Source of the DNA: Candidatus Woesearchaeota archaeon
GTDB taxonomy: Archaea; Nanobdellota; Nanobdellia; Nanobdellales; Nanobdellaceae
Direction: 5' to 3'
Length of the DNA: 8,885 bases
NCBI GenBank assembly: GCA_964468425.1
Contig: CAYXSZ010000013.1
Location: 1 to 8,885 of the forward strand
Shown here: positions 6,203-8,885 of the stretch, piece by piece
Layout: each line of letters begins with the position of its first letter
Position numbering within the stretch: the stretch's first letter is position 1
The notes under the pieces: model-generated
The model's database searches: none
Seen by the model: only the letters and a program-made list of their open reading frames with translations
What the model was told of the DNA's origin: nothing
Translations under genes and position numbers: made by a program

Positions 6203-6635
6203 TAGCTTCCTTTTTCACAAAATTCTTATATACCTTTTTAGCGATCCCTCCTACTAGTGAAATCAAGAAGTAAAAGAGAATATACGTTCCCAACGCTCCA
6301 AGCCAGTTTCTGTTTAAAATCGGAACAATAAATGGAAGTTCAAGGACCTTAGCGTCTCCTAACACAATCTTAATTAAGATCAAAGCTGCAACTACAATTG
6401 CTGATGAAATGATAAAGTATTTATACATTTGCTTTTGTATTTCGAGTATTTGCGAAAGCGCTTCTTCATCGAGCTCTTTCCTACCTTTGAGTTTCTCCAC
6501 CAATTCTTTACTTTTTTGATTAACCTCATCTAGTTTGAGTTTAATTCTAATAAACTCCAACGAAATATAAACACCGAGTGCAAGAAAGAAAATGATCAAA
6601 GCGTTCATTTTATTTCTTAGAGAGAACCTTTCCAA
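6177..6635 (-). CDS. Small 3-TM membrane protein, probable DUF106 / archaeal YidC-Oxa1-like insertase
   Basis: Predicted layout: TM1 (NALIIFFLALGVYISLEFI), then a ~40-aa charged coiled-coil (KLKLDEVNQKSKELVEKLKGRKELDEEALSQILEIQKQ), then TM2 and TM3. The position directly after secY and before rpl34e is where DUF106 sits in many archaea. The start is ambiguous: ATG 6635 overlaps secY by 26 nt, while ATG 6608 (MNALII...) lies 1 nt after the secY stop. Confidence 0.6.
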   Translation of the reverse strand: MERFSLRNKMNALIIFFLALGVYISLEFIRIKLKLDEVNQKSKELVEKLKGRKELDEEALSQILEIQKQMYKYFIISSAIVVAALILIKIVLGDAKVLELPFIVPILNRNWLGALGTYILFYFLISLVGGIAKKVYKNFVKKEANGEKSSNS

Positions 6636-7959
6636 TTAAGGGAAGCAAGTGTACTACGTTGTTTCGTACGAAGTCCTCATAAATGCTATAAGCTACCACG
6701 ACTAGAAGCAACAAAGATGTTCCTGCCATTAGAGATCCCAATATGTTAGCGATCGCCGCTAGAAAGCCAATAAGAATTCCAGAAAGGATGCTGATAGGTC
6801 TAATGTATCTTTCTAGTGTTCGCTCCAAAATTCTTGGATCTCTTACGCGTAAGGGAAACATGTATGAAGAAATTAATTGCTGTGCGATGGTTTTAGCATC
6901 CATTCCAGCAGAGATCACCCAAAGATAAGAAAGAATGGTTGCACCAACTACATAAATCGCGAAATAAACGATTATGTGAAGTAAAGTCATTGGAGTAATG
7001 TACGAAATTCCGAAATCTGCTAGATTTTTGATTATATTTGGTGGAACTAAGATCCATGGTGGTTGGTTTGAATGAGTAATTAACATATAGATGTTTTCTA
7101 TTTGAACAATCAAGGCATAGAGAAGGATTATTGGGATAACTGAAGTATACAAAATGTTTATTGGAAACTTCATAACCCTGCCACCAACTCTAGCCATTAA
7201 CAGAGGAACTTCTACGCGAACAGCTTGTAGATACGCTGCTAATATCAAAATTCCAAAAGTAACAGCTATTCTTAGTATCCAAGCGAGTCCTTGAACGAGA
7301 TCTCCCTGAGCTAGCGCTGAGATTGCAAGGAATATAGCTCCAGTAGCGGTCTGTCCTTGAACTGGAGGAAGGAAATTGAAGATTCTAATCATGAGTGCTC
7401 GTGAAATCGAAGCTAGAATGAACAGGTTAACTCCTGCTGTTATTCCGTATTTTAAACAGTAGTCATCGAGTAGGACTATCACCAAACCACCAAGAACTAG
7501 TTGGAGGAATATTATTAAGTAAAGCAACCAGGGATTTACTCCGAGGCTAAAATCGGGTTTTAAAGCACCGAGAGCAAGGATTGAGACTGACTCGAGAATG
7601 ATGAACAAAAATGTGAGGAACCTTTGATAGTTATCAAATTGTATTCTCCCTTCTTCCGTATTTAAATTTATATTTAGAATTCCACCTCCGACAAGAAGCT
7701 GGAGGAAAATTCCAGCCATAACGATTGGTCCAATACCAAGAGTCGCGAGAGTTCCGAAGGAAGACCCCCAAACCCACGAAAATTCTTTCAGACGCATAGA
7801 GATATTTGGAGATACGCCCCAGATGGGAATTGTAGCGAGAATGAAATAGAGAATCAAAACTGCTAACGTGTGCTTCAAGCGTTCGTTAAAGGTAAGGAGT
7901 TGGGAAGGATTTTTCACTATTGGAACATAATCTGCAAATTTACTGATGAACCAATCCAT
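6610..7959 (-). CDS. secY: Preprotein translocase subunit SecY (Sec61 alpha)
   Basis: 449 aa, polytopic with about 10 hydrophobic segments. The N-terminal ...LTFNERLKHTLAVLILYFILATIPIWGV and overall length match archaeal SecY. Confidence 0.95.
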   Translation of the reverse strand: MDWFISKFADYVPIVKNPSQLLTFNERLKHTLAVLILYFILATIPIWGVSPNISMRLKEFSWVWGSSFGTLATLGIGPIVMAGIFLQLLVGGGILNINLNTEEGRIQFDNYQRFLTFLFIILESVSILALGALKPDFSLGVNPWLLYLIIFLQLVLGGLVIVLLDDYCLKYGITAGVNLFILASISRALMIRIFNFLPPVQGQTATGAIFLAISALAQGDLVQGLAWILRIAVTFGILILAAYLQAVRVEVPLLMARVGGRVMKFPINILYTSVIPIILLYALIVQIENIYMLITHSNQPPWILVPPNIIKNLADFGISYITPMTLLHIIVYFAIYVVGATILSYLWVISAGMDAKTIAQQLISSYMFPLRVRDPRILERTLERYIRPISILSGILIGFLAAIANILGSLMAGTSLLLLVVVAYSIYEDFVRNNVVHLLPLIGKVLSKK

Positions 7960-7992
7960 GAACTTTCAAGTAGGAAAAAGGTTTAAATTTAT
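7960..7992 (-). promoter_or_regulatory. secY promoter (TATA box overlapping the upstream stop codon)
   Basis: Minus-strand ATAAATTTAAAC (reverse complement of 7981-7992) is centred about 27 nt upstream of the secY ATG (7959), implying a leaderless mRNA. A T5 run (reverse complement of 7975-7979) lies between the TATA box and the ATG. Confidence 0.5.
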
Positions 7993-8885
7993 GTCTGCTG
8001 TCCACTGAAGGTCTGAGCCACCTTCCCGCCAAGGTGAGGCGGCAACATCGAAAAAGTCTGATAGGAAAAGGGAGAGTATTGAGTTACCTGAATTTGGGGG
8101 GAATACATAGTAGAGTAAACTGTGGGCCATCCAGAAAAGTACTCCGGTCTGAATAAGGCTGAATGGTAAGAAGTCTCCCCAGGAGGGACATAACCACACA
8201 GCTCGAGAATATAAGAGAGCCCTTTCTTATAATTTCTATAGTAATGGGAATACCACCCCCCTACTTCCTGTATCATGTATACCCCTTCTTTTGAAAGGAC
8301 GTCTCTCAACTCTTCTAACTCTGCTTTTGTGATATCGCTCCAATCCATTCCCGGGATCATATGAGAATCTTCCCCATACATCGCTTCGGCAACATGGACA
8401 TGCTTTATGTACGGTTTTAGTTGTCTGATCCAATTAAGAATGTCTTCTTTTGTGTAACCTTCTTTGATAAAGCCCTTTAAGTGCGCTATATCGACATTAG
8501 CTCCAATTTTTTCATTAACGAATTTGTCAACGCTCCCGAACTTTTTTTCAATTATACTTTTAATGTCTGGATTCTTATTAATAACCTCTTTTAGAGCTTC
8601 TCTAGCATTTTCAACGAATTTTATCATCTCATCAGGTCTAGTTCCCACTAAACCAGCGTAAGAATTTTCGATTACCAATTGAGGAAGAACCTTTTCAAGT
8701 TTCTCGGGATCCTTAAGCCAGTCGGGGTGATATTCTTTGAGATACGAAATTACCTTTTGATAAGCTTCTGCAATAGTGTTTTTAGCTACCTGAGGAGCGA
8801 ATTCCGGGACAGGTTTGACAAACGAAATTTTTTTCTGAATAAAAATCTTACCAAGCTCGTTCGTAAGCTCTCTATAGTACTCTAC
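7989..8885 (-). CDS. Xylose-isomerase-like / AP-endonuclease-2 (endonuclease IV-like) TIM-barrel protein, 5'-truncated by the window, with an atypical low-complexity C-terminal tail
   Basis: The listed ORF begins at a TTG, but the frame stays open to base 8885 (upstream translation VEYYRELTNELGKIF...LPQ). The motif series VIENSYAG / NVDIAHLKGFIKEGY / HVHVAEAMYGEDSHMIPG / YMIQEVGG parallels the metal-ligand motifs of endonuclease IV-type TIM barrels (lEN, DtcH, HlND...H, ilE). The functional call is tentative. Confidence 0.5.
   Translation of the reverse strand, partial: VEYYRELTNELGKIFIQKKISFVKPVPEFAPQVAKNTIAEAYQKVISYLKEYHPDWLKDPEKLEKVLPQLVIENSYAGLVGTRPDEMIKFVENAREALKEVINKNPDIKSIIEKKFGSVDKFVNEKIGANVDIAHLKGFIKEGYTKEDILNWIRQLKPYIKHVHVAEAMYGEDSHMIPGMDWSDITKAELEELRDVLSKEGVYMIQEVGGWYSHYYRNYKKGLSYILELCGYVPPGETSYHSALFRPEYFSGWPTVYSTMYSPQIQVTQYSPFSYQTFSMLPPHLGGKVAQTFSGQQT

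Noticed and set aside
7992-8120. YSP repeats as an RNA polymerase II CTD-like motif, and QIQVTQYS as a PCNA-interacting (PIP) box in the tail
   Set aside because: There are only two YSP occurrences with no heptad periodicity. The PIP-like match lacks the second aromatic residue and is not at the extreme C-terminus. This is too weak to claim.
7966-8199. 77-aa alternative-frame ORF (GTG start) over the GC-rich tail region
   Set aside because: It is open only because the segment is GC-rich and poor in stop codons. It runs through the secY TATA box and has no start context. I treat it as a symptom of the compositional anomaly, not as a gene.
7992-8270. GC-rich island as a known structural RNA (SRP RNA, RNase P RNA, 5S rRNA or H/ACA sRNA)
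   Set aside because: I looked on both strands for the helix-8 GGAA tetraloop/AGCA motif, the CR-I GAGGAAAGUCC motif, 5S loop motifs, and ACA-box geometry with a lower stem. Only weak partial resemblances turned up. I cannot support any of these identities without a covariance-model scan.
994-8661. Short ORFs 994-1197, 1996-2223, 3430-3663, 5727-5933, 6743-6928, 8236-8433 and 8464-8661
   Set aside because: All lie antisense to, or out of frame within, confidently identified genes. They have low-complexity or odd composition and no recognisable motifs, so they are shadow ORFs.

Overview
This is a compact, AT-rich archaeal housekeeping region. Archaeal identity rests on the archaea/eukaryote-specific ribosomal proteins eL19, eL14 and eL34, a class I LysRS, TrmY and a GPN-loop GTPase. 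The three tRNA genes have almost all-G:C stems and no encoded CCA, which suggests a thermophile. Genes are tightly packed: two 26-nt overlaps, 2-22 nt gaps inside operons, and TATA-like boxes about 25-28 nt upstream of start codons, implying leaderless mRNAs. The classical r-protein/secY cluster is fragmented, which fits a reduced DPANN/Nanoarchaeota-like genome, but I cannot name the organism.

Minus-strand genes:
- eL19 and uL15
- class I LysRS
- TrmY, a DUF123 GIY-YIG-like protein and a GPN-loop GTPase
- eL14, eL34, a small 3-TM DUF106/YidC-like protein and SecY
- a 5'-truncated endonuclease IV-like TIM-barrel protein

Plus-strand genes: tRNA-Ser(CGA), tRNA-His(GUG), tRNA-Pro(GGG) and a HIT hydrolase.

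I found no CRISPR array, mobile element or recognisable defence system. Signals not explained by the ORF track, most interesting first:
1. A near-textbook archaeal box C/D sRNA at about 3081-3135 (+), between lysS and trmY.
2. Six YTGTCGTT heptamers, arranged as three roughly 21-bp units, filling the 64-bp spacer at 4166-4229.
3. A GC-rich 3' end of the TIM-barrel ORF (7992-8198). It encodes a Y/S/P/Q/T-rich low-complexity tail and ends in mutually exclusive perfect hairpins next to the secY promoter.
4. A secY-DUF106-eL34-eL14 cluster that lacks the usual adk and cmk genes.
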